Source: Candidatus Nomurabacteria bacterium (GTDB lineage: Bacteria; Patescibacteriota; Minisyncoccia; Phycocordibacterales; UBA9973). From it: a stretch of DNA of 64,000 nt. Positions 35,923 through 48,058 of this stretch are shown here, in pieces. Every line of letters starts with the position of its first letter. The stretch's first letter is position 1. The notes below the pieces were generated by a model, which worked only from the letters and a program-made list of their open reading frames with translations, made no database searches and had not been told where the DNA came from. The position numbers were made by a program, and so were the translations under genes. Location of the stretch: assembly GCA_026396015.1 (NCBI GenBank), contig JAPLXP010000003.1, positions 26,626 to 90,625 of the forward strand. Direction: 5' to 3'.

Positions 35923-37107
35923 TTAATTTGTTCCATCATCTACTATTCCATCATCTAGTACATCTTCTGATGCTGTATCACCACTGTCTACTGTCACAGC
36001 TTCTGCACCATTGATATCGATTCTCCATCCTGTGAGTTTTGCTGCAAGGCGTACATTTTGTCCACCCTTGCCTATAGCTAGTGATAGCTGATCTGCGGCT
36101 ACTTCTACTGTAGCCTTGTGATCTGCTTCATTTATAGTCAGACTGAGGACTTTTGCTGGAGATAGGGCACTAGTTACGTATTCACCAGTATCTGCTGACC
36201 ATGGGATGATGTCGATCTTTTCACCGGCAAGCTCACTCATGACTGTAGTCACGCGGATACCTTTTTGACCTACACATGATCCTACTGGATCAATATGCTC
36301 ATCATTTGAATATACTGCGATTTTTGAACGACTTCCAGCTTCGCGGGCGATAGATTTGATCTCTACTGTGCCACCTGCTATTTCTGGAGCCTCAACTGCG
36401 AACAATCCTTCGATAAATTGAGGATGTGTACGAGAAAGCTTTAGATTGATACCTCTTGGAGTCTCTTCGACTGCATATAGATATGCACGGATTCTCTCTC
36501 CACGCTTGTAGAATTCTCCTGGAATTTGCTCTTCTGGGAGCATGATACCTGTCGCACGGTTAAATTCAATATATACGATACCTCTTTCTACTTTTTGTAC
36601 GAAACCATTAATGATTTCTCCTTCTTTTGCACCGTATTCATCGATAATACTTGCTCTCTCTGCTTCACGGATCTTTTGGATTATTACTTGTTTTGCTGTC
36701 TGAGCGGCAATACGTCCATAATCTTCATGTGTCTCAAGGGGGAATATGAGTTCTTCTTCTAGTTGAACGTCACTCTTTATCTTTTTTGCATCTTCGATTA
36801 GGATATGATGCTCTTCGTTAAAGCGTGTACGCTCATCGTCTTCTGCTAGTTCTTCCTCTTCAACGCCTTCAATATTCTTTGGGATGTATACTATTGTCTC
36901 ATCTACTGCGATTTTTACTTGGTAGAAATCCATAGCACCAGTATCCAGGTCAAAGCGATTGCGGATTATCTGGCCCTTCTTACCGTATTCCTTTTTGTAA
37001 GCAGCAGCCAAAGCTTGCTCTATAGCATCGAGAATTTTATCTTTTGGTATTTTTCTCTCAGTCTCGAGTTGTTCGAGTGCTGATTTCATTGTTTTTATGT
37101 CTATCAT
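35923..37107 (-). CDS. nusA: Transcription termination/antitermination factor NusA
   Basis: GRIAAQTAKQ, LSRTHP, AREAGSRSK, AIGKGGQNVRLA. Confidence 0.98.
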   Translation of the reverse strand: MIDIKTMKSALEQLETERKIPKDKILDAIEQALAAAYKKEYGKKGQIIRNRFDLDTGAMDFYQVKIAVDETIVYIPKNIEGVEEEELAEDDERTRFNEEHHILIEDAKKIKSDVQLEEELIFPLETHEDYGRIAAQTAKQVIIQKIREAERASIIDEYGAKEGEIINGFVQKVERGIVYIEFNRATGIMLPEEQIPGEFYKRGERIRAYLYAVEETPRGINLKLSRTHPQFIEGLFAVEAPEIAGGTVEIKSIAREAGSRSKIAVYSNDEHIDPVGSCVGQKGIRVTTVMSELAGEKIDIIPWSADTGEYVTSALSPAKVLSLTINEADHKATVEVAADQLSLAIGKGGQNVRLAAKLTGWRIDINGAEAVTVDSGDTASEDVLDDGIVDDGTN

Positions 37108-37318
37108 ATTAGTTTCTAGGTTTTAGTTTCTAGTTGCTAGCTAAAACTAAAACTCTTTTTATTAAATTATAATTTTTTTATTTTAAACCAAGCCTGGTTT
37201 AAAATAAATAAAGTCCGGTTCGAGACGGACATTAATAACATCATAATACCAGTTTTTTCACATAAAAGCAATATTTTATTTTGCTCAATGTTTCTATTGA
37301 TGATATAATATTTTTATA

Positions 37319-37609
37319 ATGATTGATTTTAAGAATAAAAATATTTTGGGCAAAATATTAATTGGTTTAGTTATTTTTTCTATTGTTTGTTCTTATTTTG
37401 GTTTTAAATATTACAAAAAAATTGCCGCTCAAAATAGACTTAATAAAAATATCCAACAGATCTCAGATTCAGCCTTGAAAGTTAAGGTTTCAGAAGACCA
37501 AAAACTACAATCTATCAATGAACTATCTAGTCAATCTTCTGAAAAAATATCTCCTGAAGAAGCATCAAAGCGTGAAGCTGAAATTATTAATCAATTAAAT
37601 TCTAAATAA
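37319..37609 (+). CDS. Small single-TM hypothetical protein, first gene of the surface-protein locus
   Basis: TM helix plus coiled coil; ends 1 nt before the next ATG. Confidence 0.7.
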   Translation: MIDFKNKNILGKILIGLVIFSIVCSYFGFKYYKKIAAQNRLNKNIQQISDSALKVKVSEDQKLQSINELSSQSSEKISPEEASKREAEIINQLNSK

Positions 37610-37610
37610 T

Positions 37611-40600
37611 ATGCGTATTCGTTCTATATTGATGTCACCCTTATTGCTCTCTTTAGTCTTTTTGCTATCTATTTTTATGGGTAGTTTCAAGGTTGAGGCT
37701 GCCTCTGTGTCAAATGATTTGTTTGGAGCGGCATATTCTAATAACATAGGCCCTGTTTCCTTTAATAATTGTGCTAGCTCTGACCCTGCTAGTTGTAGTG
37801 GACAATCTTACAAAGTGACTACTTTTTGGGATTCAAGTAATCCTAATTGGACATATTTAACTGGGTACGCCTGGAGTGATAGTATTGGCTGGATCGCTTT
37901 TTCAAATAGCTATGTGTCTACTTCAGGTTGCCCACCAATTCCTAATTGGTATAGTTGTCAGATTGCCTACAGTACCAATACTGGTGTTATCTCTGGATGG
38001 GGTCGTGCTGTTTCGTATGGTGATGGCTGGGATGGTTGGATAAACTTTAGTGGTGTCACTGTAGGTAGTGCTGGGCCTTCTGGAATCAGAGCCTTGTCTG
38101 GTAATGCTTGGGGTTCAGATATTGTTGGTTCATTGAATATGTCTGGCGTAAATATAAAGGAAACACCACCTACTAGCTCAGTAACATTGGTCGCAAGTCC
38201 TAATCAAGTTGGTCCTGATGGTAGTGGTGCTAGTAATCAAACTACATTGATATGGTCAGGTCAAAATGTGACTAGCTGTACAGCATCAGCTTCTTCTTCA
38301 AGAGGTGATTGGACCGGCCCTCTCGGTACTAGTGGTACAAAAGTTGTTCAAGTTGGCCCAAGTGTTACATATTCTATAGATTGTATAAATAATGTTACCA
38401 ATCAAGTTGCATCAGCTAGTGCTCCTGTGACTACTGGAGTAGCACCTAGTGATGATCTTGATGTAATTTTCCTTAATTCATTTGGTAAAACTATCAATGT
38501 TAGTAGTGTTGGTACTTGGAGTAATACGATCACTGCTATATTGACTAGTCATAGTGGTGCTACGAATGTGTCACTTTTTATAGATCCTAATTCTGGAGGC
38601 CCTAATCCTTCAGAAATTACTGATTTGAGTAATTACAATATAAAAGTGTATAGCTCTTATAATTTTAATGTTTCGGGTCAGTGTAGTGGAAATGTTATTT
38701 TTAGCAGTGCTAATCCTCAATCTTTTTCAATTCCCGCTCGAGAAGTGTATTGTGTTGAAGTTAAATCAAAACTTCCAGTATTGCCACCGACAGGTCCTTA
38801 TGGTAGCTATTACAATTTATTCTTGGTTGCTACCAGTCAAAATGTTACTACACCGGTTAATACTCCATTTGGTGGTAATGGTTTTCAGGTTAAAGTTACA
38901 AATAATACACCAACACTTACTTTTGTTGCTAGTACTACTCCGAGTAGTGGATTGCCTTACACTGGAGGGCCCGTTAGATTAAATTGGGATAGTACAAATA
39001 CCACAGATTGTACTGCAAGCACTAATTGGTCTACTTGGGCCGGTTCGCCTACTTGGGCTGGTGCAGGTATGACACCGAAGAAGCTTGGTGATGTGAAGGG
39101 AACGGCTTCAGGTAACATTACCAACACGGAAACATTTACTATTTCTTGTAATTATATTGGTTCACCAACTCCAATTACAGCCAGCGTTGTCGTAACTGTT
39201 CCTCCTGATCCTGCGTTACCGACTGTTAGTCTGACTGCAAGTCAAACTAAATTTACTGGGTCAATAGGTAAACCTACATTGTCTTGGACTAGTACAAAAG
39301 CTGTGAGTTGTGGTCCTGAAAGTTGGACAAAAAAGACATCTACTAGCGGATCAGAAGTTGTGACTGTTAATACTAGTACTACTTTTAATTTAACTTGTTA
39401 TAACTCATCCAATGGTTCAACTACAGATACAGTAAAAATTACAGTAATTCCAGGTCAGTTGCCAGAAATATATATGTCGGCATCTCCAGATACTCTGGGC
39501 ACAGGTGGAGGAAATACTGTCATATCTTGGGACTCTAGACCATATGGTACTTCTTGTGGTAGTCCAACTATCGGTGGTAGTGTGTCATCTCCTGCATGGA
39601 CAACAAAAACTTCTGCATATGGCTCACAGAGTGGCTCACAGAGTGTTTCTCTGACGACAGGGTCTACTTATGGCATTAGTTGTTCTAATTCCTTTGGAAC
39701 AACAAAATCTTCTATTACTATTCCAGTTGCAAATACTCCACCAGCTCCAGCAGTACTAATGCAGGCCACTTTGATAAATGGAAATAATTATAAAATATCA
39801 TGGAGCAGTACAGACACAACGTATTGCGGAAACCCAACAGTGTCACCTGCATCTTCAAACCCTTGGACTACAAAAGATACAGTTGATGGTTTTGAAAATT
39901 TGTCCATCAGTGTTAATACATCTTTTGGAATTACTTGTTATAACTCAAATGGAGATTCAGCTATAGATAATGTGAGTGTGACTCCTGCTCCACCTATTCT
40001 TCCAAATATAATTATGTCAGCAAAACCCCATTCTCTGGGCACAGGTGGAGGAAATACTGTCATATCTTGGGACTCTAGACCATATGGTACTTCTTGTGGT
40101 AGTCCAACTATCGGTGGTAGTGTGTCATCTCCTGCATGGACAACAAAAACTTCTGCATATGGCTCACAGAGTGACTTATGGCATTAGTTGTTCTAATTCC
40201 TTTGGAACAACAATATCTTCTATCCCTATTCCAGTCGATAATACGCCTCTTCCTCCTTCTGTGTCCATGCAAAAAACATTGATAAGTGGAAATAATTATA
40301 AAATATCATGGAGCAGCACAGATACAACATCTTGTGGAAATCCAACATCAATACCTATATTGTTTGGTGCTAATTCTCCGAACCCTTGGACTTCACAAAA
40401 TGCAACTACTGGTTTTGAAAATTTGACTATTGAAACGAATACATCTTTTGGAATTACTTGTTATAACTCAAATGGAGATTCAGCTACAGATAGTGTGAGT
40501 GTGACTCCTACTCCTGTCACACCCGAAATATCTATGTCTATATCTCCGGCAATCTTGCCTGCTGGTGGTGGAAATTTTACTGTTTCTTGGACAAGTGCAA

Positions 40601-42891
40601 ATACTGTATCTTGTCATGCCGTGACTCCTGTTGATTGGACTACAAAAACATCAACATCTGGATCTGAGAGTATGACAATCGGTGATAATCCTGGAACTTA
40701 TGACATAGTAATATCTTGTTCTAATGCTATCGGTGTACTGGCAACAGTAAGTAGTAGGATTAGTGTCCCTGAGCGTCCTAAATTGAGTGCAACAATTTCT
40801 GTTACTCCCGTCGTAGGAGGAATGACAGATATATCTTGGAAAAGTGAGGGAACTAATAGTTGTAGCGCCACTTGGACAGAATATCGGGCCACAAAAGGAA
40901 CACAAAGGAATGTGCTGGTTCGTGGGTCAACAGAATTCGGCATTACTTGTTTTAATGGAGAAAAGAGTGTGACAGCTTCGACTATTGTGGTAGTAGGTGG
41001 GGGAGAAGTAACAGTTACCTTGAGTGCTATTCCTGCTTTTTCTGGTGGAGAGGCTACTCTTGTCTGGGAATCTACAGATACTGGACCTGGACCTGTTTCT
41101 TGTTATCAAAATAATTCAAAAGAAAACATTAATTGGAGTTCTTGGGCAGGAGCTACCACTGCTGGTAGTGGTTATGCAAAAGGGGATGTTGCAAAAACAG
41201 ACACATTTAGTATTACTTGTAAGGATGTAAACAGTCCAGATTCTAAGGCATCTACAGCATTTGTTTCTATTTCTGTTGTTAAATCAAATCCTATTTCTGC
41301 TTCATTGTTTGTCTCACCTTCAGCCCTGTCTTCTCCTGGAAATGTTGATTTGAGTTGGAATAGTATTGGAACTGTGAGTTGTACTCCAAGTTGGTCAAGC
41401 TCAAATTTTGCTACTAGTGGCACTGAGACTGTCGCTGTGAATAATAAAACACAATTTACTGTTGTTTGTACTGATGGCAAGAGTAGTTTTACTACTGCTT
41501 CAGCTACTGTATTGGTTGGTGGTTCTTCCTCTGGTATCACATTTAATACAAATATTTATGCCAACCCGAATGTTTTATATGAAGTAGGAACAACAAAAAT
41601 AACATGGAGTTCTGGTTCTAATGCTACTTCTTGTGTAAAAGATTGGATGGATCCTTTAAATACAGCTACTAATGGCACAGATACTTTGAATGTATCAAGT
41701 ACAAAACTTTTTACTGTCACTTGTTCTGATGGTTCGGGAAATGAAGAAAAATCTTCTGTATCTGTCGTTGTAAAGACTCCCTCTAAACTTCGAGTGTCTA
41801 TCTCAGCGACACCTTCTTCTAGTTTTGGTAGTCGCTCTGTAGTGGGTAGTGGTGCTGGTCCTGTGACTCTCGACTGGTCAAGTATAAGTGCTACGGATTG
41901 TACTCCAAGTTGGAATAGTGCTAAAAAGGGTGATTTAAATGGCAGTGAGAGTATTTGGTTGTCTGAAACTACTACTTTTGTTATTGATTGTACTGATGGT
42001 AATCAGAGTGCCTCTGCATCTGTGGTTGTAAATATTGTGGATACTGATAAACCATTGATGAATAGTTCAATCTTTGCAAATCCACCATCCCTACCTTCTG
42101 CAGGTGGAATTGTAAAACTTATTTGGAATAGTATTGGATTATCGGATTGTTCACAGAGGTCTTCCTCAAATTCAGGCGGTAGAGACTGGACTGATTGGTT
42201 GGGGGCAGATCCTTCTACCGGTGGTAGTGCTAAAAAGTTCCTTTCTTGGAGTGATTTGTTTAGTATTACTTGTACTGGTCCAGAGCATTCTGCTACTACC
42301 GGTTTTGTAGTGTCTCCTTCAAGTAATTTTGACTTACATGTTTCATTGTCTACTGATAAGACAGTATTTGACACAAATGGAAAAGCCCTACTTTCTTGGG
42401 ATAGTAATGCAGATAATTGTACTCCAAGTTGGAATAGTTCAAAAAATGGTAAAAAGGATAGTGAACTTGTAAATATTACAGGTACAGAAACATTTACTGT
42501 TGTATGTCATACAAACAAAGCTGAGGCGAGTTCTACTATAACTGTGTTCATGGTTGATTCTGATGGATCATATGTCAATTTAAGTGCTACTCCGAGTACT
42601 CTTTTCGGGAAAGGTAAATCAAAGATTGTATGGAGTGGTAGTAATAATCTTAAGTGTGTAAAGGATTGGATGGATCCAGCAGATACAACATCAGATGGTT
42701 TTGATATCATAGATATTGTACAACAAAAAACATTTAAAATTTCCTGTACAGCAATAGGTAGTATCGTTCCAATCAAGAGATCTGTAACTGTCGGGTATAG
42801 AGAGGACCTAGGTGGTGGAGGAGGCTGCAAGGGGTGGTGTCCTATTTCTACTGGTTCTGCTATTCATAAATCAAAATACAAAGAAAGATAA
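37611..42891 (+). pseudogene. Large surface/adhesin-like protein with many Cys-Trp beta-sandwich modules; frameshifted near 40173 (real lesion or assembly error)
   Basis: ORFs 37611-40187 and 40045-42891 join if a 32-bp stretch present in repeat copy 1 is restored; N-terminal GYAWSDSIGWI repeats; repeated L.W.S.....C....W...G......T.F.I.C modules. Confidence 0.8.
39494..40510. repeat. A-B-A-B internal duplication with 540-bp period
   Basis: ~140 bp identical at 39494 and 40034; second module (GNNYKISWSSTDT...FGITCYNSNGDSA) repeated at ~39771 and ~40279. Confidence 0.9.
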
Positions 42892-42905
42892 TATATTAAA
42901 TAAAT

Positions 42906-43442
42906 ATGAAAGAAAATAATAAAAAAAATAATATAGAAGACAATAATTATAATACTCGAGAATCTCTAGTAGTAATTCTAGTGGGGATTCTTTTCTTTGG
43001 AAATGTTATATTTGCGGAACCTTCTTCTACTCCACCATCTGGTAATCCTGATATCCCAATCAATGCACTTGCATTGCCTCAGTATAAAGAGGGTGAGGCT
43101 ACAAATGGTTATGTAAATAGAGCACTCGGGGTAGGGTATACTCCAGGTTCATTGCCTGTAGGTGTTACACTTGGTGTTTTTGGTCAAATGAAAATTGGAA
43201 CACTCTCTGGGACATCTGATGGTATGTCTGTATTTGGGGATATGAGAGATATTAATACTACGGTTTTGTGTCAGACTAGTCATACTTATAGTAGTCACTC
43301 AACACCTTGTGGGGCTGCGGGCACCAATAATACTAGTGATGGAAATGTAATTGTTACAAGTTTGAGCGGAAGTGGCTCGAGTACTTCTGTGTGTGTGCAG
43401 CTAGATAATGAAAATAGAAAACAATTAGTACGTTGTCCATAA
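42906..43442 (+). CDS. Secreted fibre-like protein, paralog 1
   Basis: PSSTPPSGNPDIPIN..PQYKEG...LGVG; C-terminal VC........LVRC. Confidence 0.7.
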   Translation: MKENNKKNNIEDNNYNTRESLVVILVGILFFGNVIFAEPSSTPPSGNPDIPINALALPQYKEGEATNGYVNRALGVGYTPGSLPVGVTLGVFGQMKIGTLSGTSDGMSVFGDMRDINTTVLCQTSHTYSSHSTPCGAAGTNNTSDGNVIVTSLSGSGSSTSVCVQLDNENRKQLVRCP

Positions 43443-43447
43443 AATAT

Positions 43448-43807
43448 ATGTCAAAATCTTTAAAAAAATCACTATATACAATATTATTAGGCCTTGGTGT
43501 CGCATGGGTGTCTTCATTGGCTCCAGTTGTTTTTGGTTTTAATTACACTCCTATATACAAGAATAATCAAGTTCAAGAAAAATTCGGCTCTCTTGCAATT
43601 GGTAAAAATTCAAACCCTCTACCTTCAGTAAAACTAGAAGTTCCCGGGATTGTTGTTGCTAATGGATTTATCTCTAGTGGGGCAGCCGGAGTGAATATTT
43701 ATGGAAATCTTCAGGTTAAAAGGTTATTTTTAGATAATTTAACTGCTACTTCAACTCCGAGTCCTGTGTGTTCTGATACTAACGGTAATTTGATTAATTG
43801 TCTATAA
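43448..43807 (+). CDS. Secreted fibre-like protein, paralog 2
   Basis: PI....VQEKFGSLAIGK..P...KLEV.G; C-terminal PVCSDTNGNLINC. Confidence 0.7.
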   Translation: MSKSLKKSLYTILLGLGVAWVSSLAPVVFGFNYTPIYKNNQVQEKFGSLAIGKNSNPLPSVKLEVPGIVVANGFISSGAAGVNIYGNLQVKRLFLDNLTATSTPSPVCSDTNGNLINCL

Positions 43808-43816
43808 TTTAAATTT

Positions 43817-44233
43817 ATGATTAAAATTTTAAGAAACAAAAAGATATTTCCAGCAACCATTATTTTATTAGGATTTTTATTGTTCGCGAGTGTCACATAC
43901 AGTTATACTGCTTATAATGCTAGTTGTTCTGTTGCTGGTTGTAATTTAGGGCCAATAAATGAAGGCGATCAGCCTCAGTATAAAATCGGACCATTGGCAC
44001 TAGGAAAGGCGTCCGATCCAGTTTCCGGTGCTAGTTTGGATGTTTCAGGGACAATAAATGTTTCTAGTTTGTTGTCTTTTGGTAACATTACAGTAAATAA
44101 CCCCTCAGACAATTCTCTTGGTAATTATAGTGCTAGTAATATGCAGATTGATAATTTTTACAATTCTGGTGCTATTAAACGCCCAGTGTGTACAGATCAA
44201 AATGGTAAAATATCTATCTGTTCTTCAAATTAA
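43817..44233 (+). CDS. Secreted fibre-like protein, paralog 3
   Basis: PINEGDQPQYKIGPLALGK..P...LDVSG; C-terminal PVCTDQNGKISIC. Confidence 0.7.
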   Translation: MIKILRNKKIFPATIILLGFLLFASVTYSYTAYNASCSVAGCNLGPINEGDQPQYKIGPLALGKASDPVSGASLDVSGTINVSSLLSFGNITVNNPSDNSLGNYSASNMQIDNFYNSGAIKRPVCTDQNGKISICSSN

Positions 44234-44462
44234 TTATTAAAACCTATGTATTGTGCCTTTTTTAGAATTGAACCCCTTGTTTTTTGGGGATAGACGAAAG
44301 AAAACTCTTGTAATCTATGTGGAAGAAGTGGTTATGTAAAAGTGACTTTAGTAGCATTTGCGTGTTTATTTAGGAAAAAGTTCTAATAAATAAGCTAACA
44401 ATATAATGCAAAAAATAAATCCCTCATGGGCATGGCCTATGAGGGATTATTTTTTTAAGTCT

Positions 44463-44798
44463 TTATTTGAGTAAATTCTTGAAGAATCCTTTAATTCCTT
44501 TCTCTTTTTTCTGAACTTCCTCCTTTAAGAAAAATTCTTTGTCTCCAGGAATTGCAGAAAATTTCTTCTCTTCAGTCTGAGCGTTTGTTTCAGACAATTT
44601 ATCTTTGATTTCCTCCTGAACCTTCGTGATTTGTGCTTGATTCCTTATGTTTTTCTCATCTATTTCCTCTTGTGTCATAGGTCGAGTCTCTTCTTTTAAG
44701 ACATATTCATCTTTAGCTATAATTGCAGAAAATTTCTTTTTTTCTTGCCCAGGTACAGTTGAGCCCTGGTCTTCTTTTTTGTTTAGTTCTTCGTTCAT
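44463..44798 (-). CDS. Charged hypothetical protein with internal repeat
   Basis: EKKKFSAIIAKDEYVLKEE / EEKKFSAIPGDKEFFLKEE. Confidence 0.6.
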   Translation of the reverse strand: MNEELNKKEDQGSTVPGQEKKKFSAIIAKDEYVLKEETRPMTQEEIDEKNIRNQAQITKVQEEIKDKLSETNAQTEEKKFSAIPGDKEFFLKEEVQKKEKGIKGFFKNLLK

Positions 44799-45050
44799 GA
44801 TAAATATATTTTAAATCTTCGTATATATTTTGTCAATATTTTGTACTTCTTATTACACAAAACCTATCAATTTGACTTTTTGCTGAAATTTGCTAATATA
44901 GGCTAATCGCATTTTCTGCGTGCCCTCCTAAAAAAGGGACCCGAACCTTAGCTAGGTAAGGGAGAAAAAATAATTATTAATAATTTATGTTTGTATATTA
45001 TAATAGAACCTTTTAAGGCTCCGTTATTTTTATAAACCAATAAAACATAT

Positions 45051-46250
45051 ATGGCAGAAGAATTTAATCGTTCAAAGCCGCACGTAAACGTTGGTACTAT
45101 TGGCCACGTTGACCACGGCAAGACGACTTTAACAGCAGCAATCCTTAACACATTGGCTCGCCAAGGTGGTGGATATAGTGCAAAACTAAAGGGGGTAGGG
45201 GATATTGACTCAGCTCCTGAAGAAAAAGCTCGTGGAATCACTATCGCGCTTTCTCATAACGAGTATGAAACTCCAGCTCGTCACTACGCTCACATTGATG
45301 CTCCAGGTCACGCTGACTACATCAAAAACATGATTACTGGTGCCGCTCAAATGGATGGTGCTATCCTCGTAGTTGCTGCAACTGACGGTGCGATGCCTCA
45401 AACAAAAGAGCACGTGCTTCTAGCAAAACAGGTTGGTGTGCCACAATTCGTTGTGTTTCTAAACAAATGCGACATGGTGGAGGACCAAGACATGTTGGAA
45501 CTAGTTGAAGAAGAAATCCGTGATTTGCTTACAAAAAATGGATATGATGGTAAAAATACTCCAGTTATCCGTGGTTCAGCTCTAAAGGCTCTAGAATCAG
45601 CAGATAACAATGACGAATGGGCAAAGAAGATCCTAGATCTTACTAACGCTCTAGATACATACATTCCACAACCAGAACGCGATATTACAAAGCCATTCCT
45701 TATGCCAATCGAAGATATCTTTTCTATCGAAGGCCGTGGAACAGTGGTTACAGGTAAGATCGAGCGCGGTATCGTGAAAGTAGGACAAGACGTAGAAATC
45801 GTTGGTATCAAGGATACAGTGAAGACTACAGTTACTGGTATTGAAATGTTCAACAAATCTTTGAAAGAAGGTATGGCTGGAGACAATGCTGGAATCCTAA
45901 TCCGTGGTATCAAAAAAGAAGATATTACTCGTGGACAAGTTCTTGCAATCCCAGGTTCAGTTACTCCACACTCAGAATTCGAATGTGAAGTTTACGTTCT
46001 AAAGAAGGAAGAAGGTGGTCGCCACACTCCATTCTTTACTGGATACAAGCCACAATTTTACATCCGTACAACAGACGTTACAGGTGAATCAACTCTTCCA
46101 GAAGGTGTAGAGATGGTTATGCCAGGAGACACTGTTAAACTAAAGGTAAAACTAGTTACTCCAGTAGCTCTCGAAGATCAAACACACTTTGCTATCCGTG
46201 AAGGAGGTAAGACAGTCGGTGCTGGTGTCGTAACAAAGGTTATCGCTTAA
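45051..46250 (+). CDS. tuf: Elongation factor Tu
   Basis: [28 protein letters not shown]. Confidence 0.99.
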   Translation: MAEEFNRSKPHVNVGTIGHVDHGKTTLTAAILNTLARQGGGYSAKLKGVGDIDSAPEEKARGITIALSHNEYETPARHYAHIDAPGHADYIKNMITGAAQMDGAILVVAATDGAMPQTKEHVLLAKQVGVPQFVVFLNKCDMVEDQDMLELVEEEIRDLLTKNGYDGKNTPVIRGSALKALESADNNDEWAKKILDLTNALDTYIPQPERDITKPFLMPIEDIFSIEGRGTVVTGKIERGIVKVGQDVEIVGIKDTVKTTVTGIEMFNKSLKEGMAGDNAGILIRGIKKEDITRGQVLAIPGSVTPHSEFECEVYVLKKEEGGRHTPFFTGYKPQFYIRTTDVTGESTLPEGVEMVMPGDTVKLKVKLVTPVALEDQTHFAIREGGKTVGAGVVTKVIA

Positions 46251-46339
46251 GTTAGGTGCTAGTAACTAGGGACTAGGTTCTAGTTTGAATTTAATTCAAC
46301 TAGAAACTAGAAACTAGAAACTAGAAACTAGAAACTAAA
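46251..46339. repeat. CTAG-core heptamer repeats, (ctagaaa)x5
   Basis: ctagaaa tandem run at 46300-46337 facing a degenerate NNNctag arm. Confidence 0.85.
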
Positions 46340-46345
46340 AATATT

Positions 46346-46699
46346 ATGACTACAACTACCGTTAAAAAAGAAAAAAAGGTGAAAGAGGATGGTATCGTCC
46401 GTCTCCGTATCCGCGTAAGAGCTTATGAAAATAAGATTCTTGACACTAGTGTCAAGCAGATTATCGATACAGCACTCCGCTACGATGCAAAGATCGTTGG
46501 TCCAATCCCTCTTCCAACTGAAATAAAGAAGTACACTGTGAACCGTGCATCATTCGTTTTTAAGAATGCTCGTGAACAGTTTGAAATAAGAATTCACAAG
46601 CGTGTTATCGATATCCTGAATCCAAATCCAAAGACTATCGAGGCGTTGACTAACTTGTCTCTTCCGTCCGGAGTAGATATTGATGTGAAAATGATGTAA
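46346..46699 (+). CDS. rpsJ: 30S ribosomal protein S10
   Basis: GPIPLPT, REQFEIRIHKR. Confidence 0.98.
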   Translation: MTTTTVKKEKKVKEDGIVRLRIRVRAYENKILDTSVKQIIDTALRYDAKIVGPIPLPTEIKKYTVNRASFVFKNAREQFEIRIHKRVIDILNPNPKTIEALTNLSLPSGVDIDVKMM

Positions 46700-46781
46700 T
46701 TAAAATTAGGTTTCAGTAGCTAGTGATTAGTTTTTAGTATTTATATACTAGACCCTAGAAACTAGAACCTAACCCCAATAT

Positions 46782-47381
46782 ATGAAATTTATTCTAGGTA
46801 AAAAACAGAATATGGTGCAGTTCTTCGATGAAGATGGCACAGTAGTCCCAGCAACGATTATCGATGCGGGTCCTATTGTAGTTACTCAAGTCAAGACTCC
46901 AGAGACTGATGGCTACACTGCTGTTCAAGTAGCATTCCTCGATCAAAAAAAGGAGCGTGCGACTAAAGCGCACCTGGGCCATGTTAAAGAAGGTGCTTAC
47001 AAGCATCTTCGAGAGTTTCGCGATATCGAAGAAATCGCAGTCGGTGATCGTATCACAGTGAGTAGTTTTGCTGCAGGTGATACAGTTATCGTATCAGGTA
47101 TTTCAAAAGGAAAAGGTTTTCAAGGAGTTGTGAAGCGTCACGGCTTTGCTGGAGGTCCTCGCACACACGGTCAGAAACACTCTGAGCGTGAGCCAGGTTC
47201 TATCGGCGGAGGTCTTCGTAATCGTGTACCAAAAGGTATGCGCATGGCGGGACGTATGGGTGGTGATCGTATCACAGTTCGCAACTTGAAAGTGGTCGGC
47301 GTAGATGTTGAAAACAACCAATTACTCATTAAAGGCGCAATCCCTGGACGACGTGGTACTCTAGTGGAAGTCATAGGATAA
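46782..47381 (+). CDS. rplC: 50S ribosomal protein L3
   Basis: DGYTAVQ, SKGKGFQGVVKRHGF. Confidence 0.98.
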   Translation: MKFILGKKQNMVQFFDEDGTVVPATIIDAGPIVVTQVKTPETDGYTAVQVAFLDQKKERATKAHLGHVKEGAYKHLREFRDIEEIAVGDRITVSSFAAGDTVIVSGISKGKGFQGVVKRHGFAGGPRTHGQKHSEREPGSIGGGLRNRVPKGMRMAGRMGGDRITVRNLKVVGVDVENNQLLIKGAIPGRRGTLVEVIG

Positions 47382-47385
47382 TATT

Positions 47386-48054
47386 ATGGAAACACAAGTA
47401 TACAATCAAAAGGGTAAGTCTGTTGGAACTTTAAAACTTCCAGAGACAGTATTCGGTCTTAAATGGAATGGCGACTTGGTTCACCAAGTTGTTACAGCGA
47501 TGCAGGCAAATGCCCGCACTCCTGTAGCTCACGTCAAAACTCGCGGAGAAGTTCGTGGAGGAGGACGTAAGCCATGGAAACAAAAGGGAACAGGTCGTGC
47601 TCGTCACGGTTCATCTCGTTCTCCAATCTGGGTTGGTGGAGGTGTTACACACGGTCCACGCAATGATAAAATCTACGCTCAAAAGATCAACAAAAAGATG
47701 AAAACAGCAGCATTGTTCACAGTTCTTTCAAAGAAATTCAAGAATGGTGAAATAATGTTTGTTGAAGATCTTTCAATGAAAAATATTAAAACAAAGGACG
47801 CAATAACTGTACTAAAAGACTTGAGTTCTGTATCTGGCTTTGAAAAAATGTCAGGTGGTACAAAACCAAAAGCTTATATCACAGTTCCTGCAAAAAATGA
47901 TGTCTTAAAGAAGAGTTTTGCTAACATCCCAATCGTTGAGGTTGATGAAGTTCGCAATATGAATCCAGTCGACCTTCTTTCATTTAAATATCTTATTATT
48001 GCTTCTCCGACAGAATCCGTTGCGTTTTTGGGAGGTAAGCTAGAAAAGAAATAA
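47386..48054 (+). CDS. rplD: 50S ribosomal protein L4
   Basis: GGGRKPWKQKGTGRAR. Confidence 0.98.
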   Translation: METQVYNQKGKSVGTLKLPETVFGLKWNGDLVHQVVTAMQANARTPVAHVKTRGEVRGGGRKPWKQKGTGRARHGSSRSPIWVGGGVTHGPRNDKIYAQKINKKMKTAALFTVLSKKFKNGEIMFVEDLSMKNIKTKDAITVLKDLSSVSGFEKMSGGTKPKAYITVPAKNDVLKKSFANIPIVEVDEVRNMNPVDLLSFKYLIIASPTESVAFLGGKLEKK

Positions 48055-48058
48055 TTTT

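Noticed and set aside
39494-40510. Diversity-generating retroelement TR/VR pair
   Set aside because: Both copies are in-frame modules of one gene, differences are not adenine-specific, and there is no reverse transcriptase in the window
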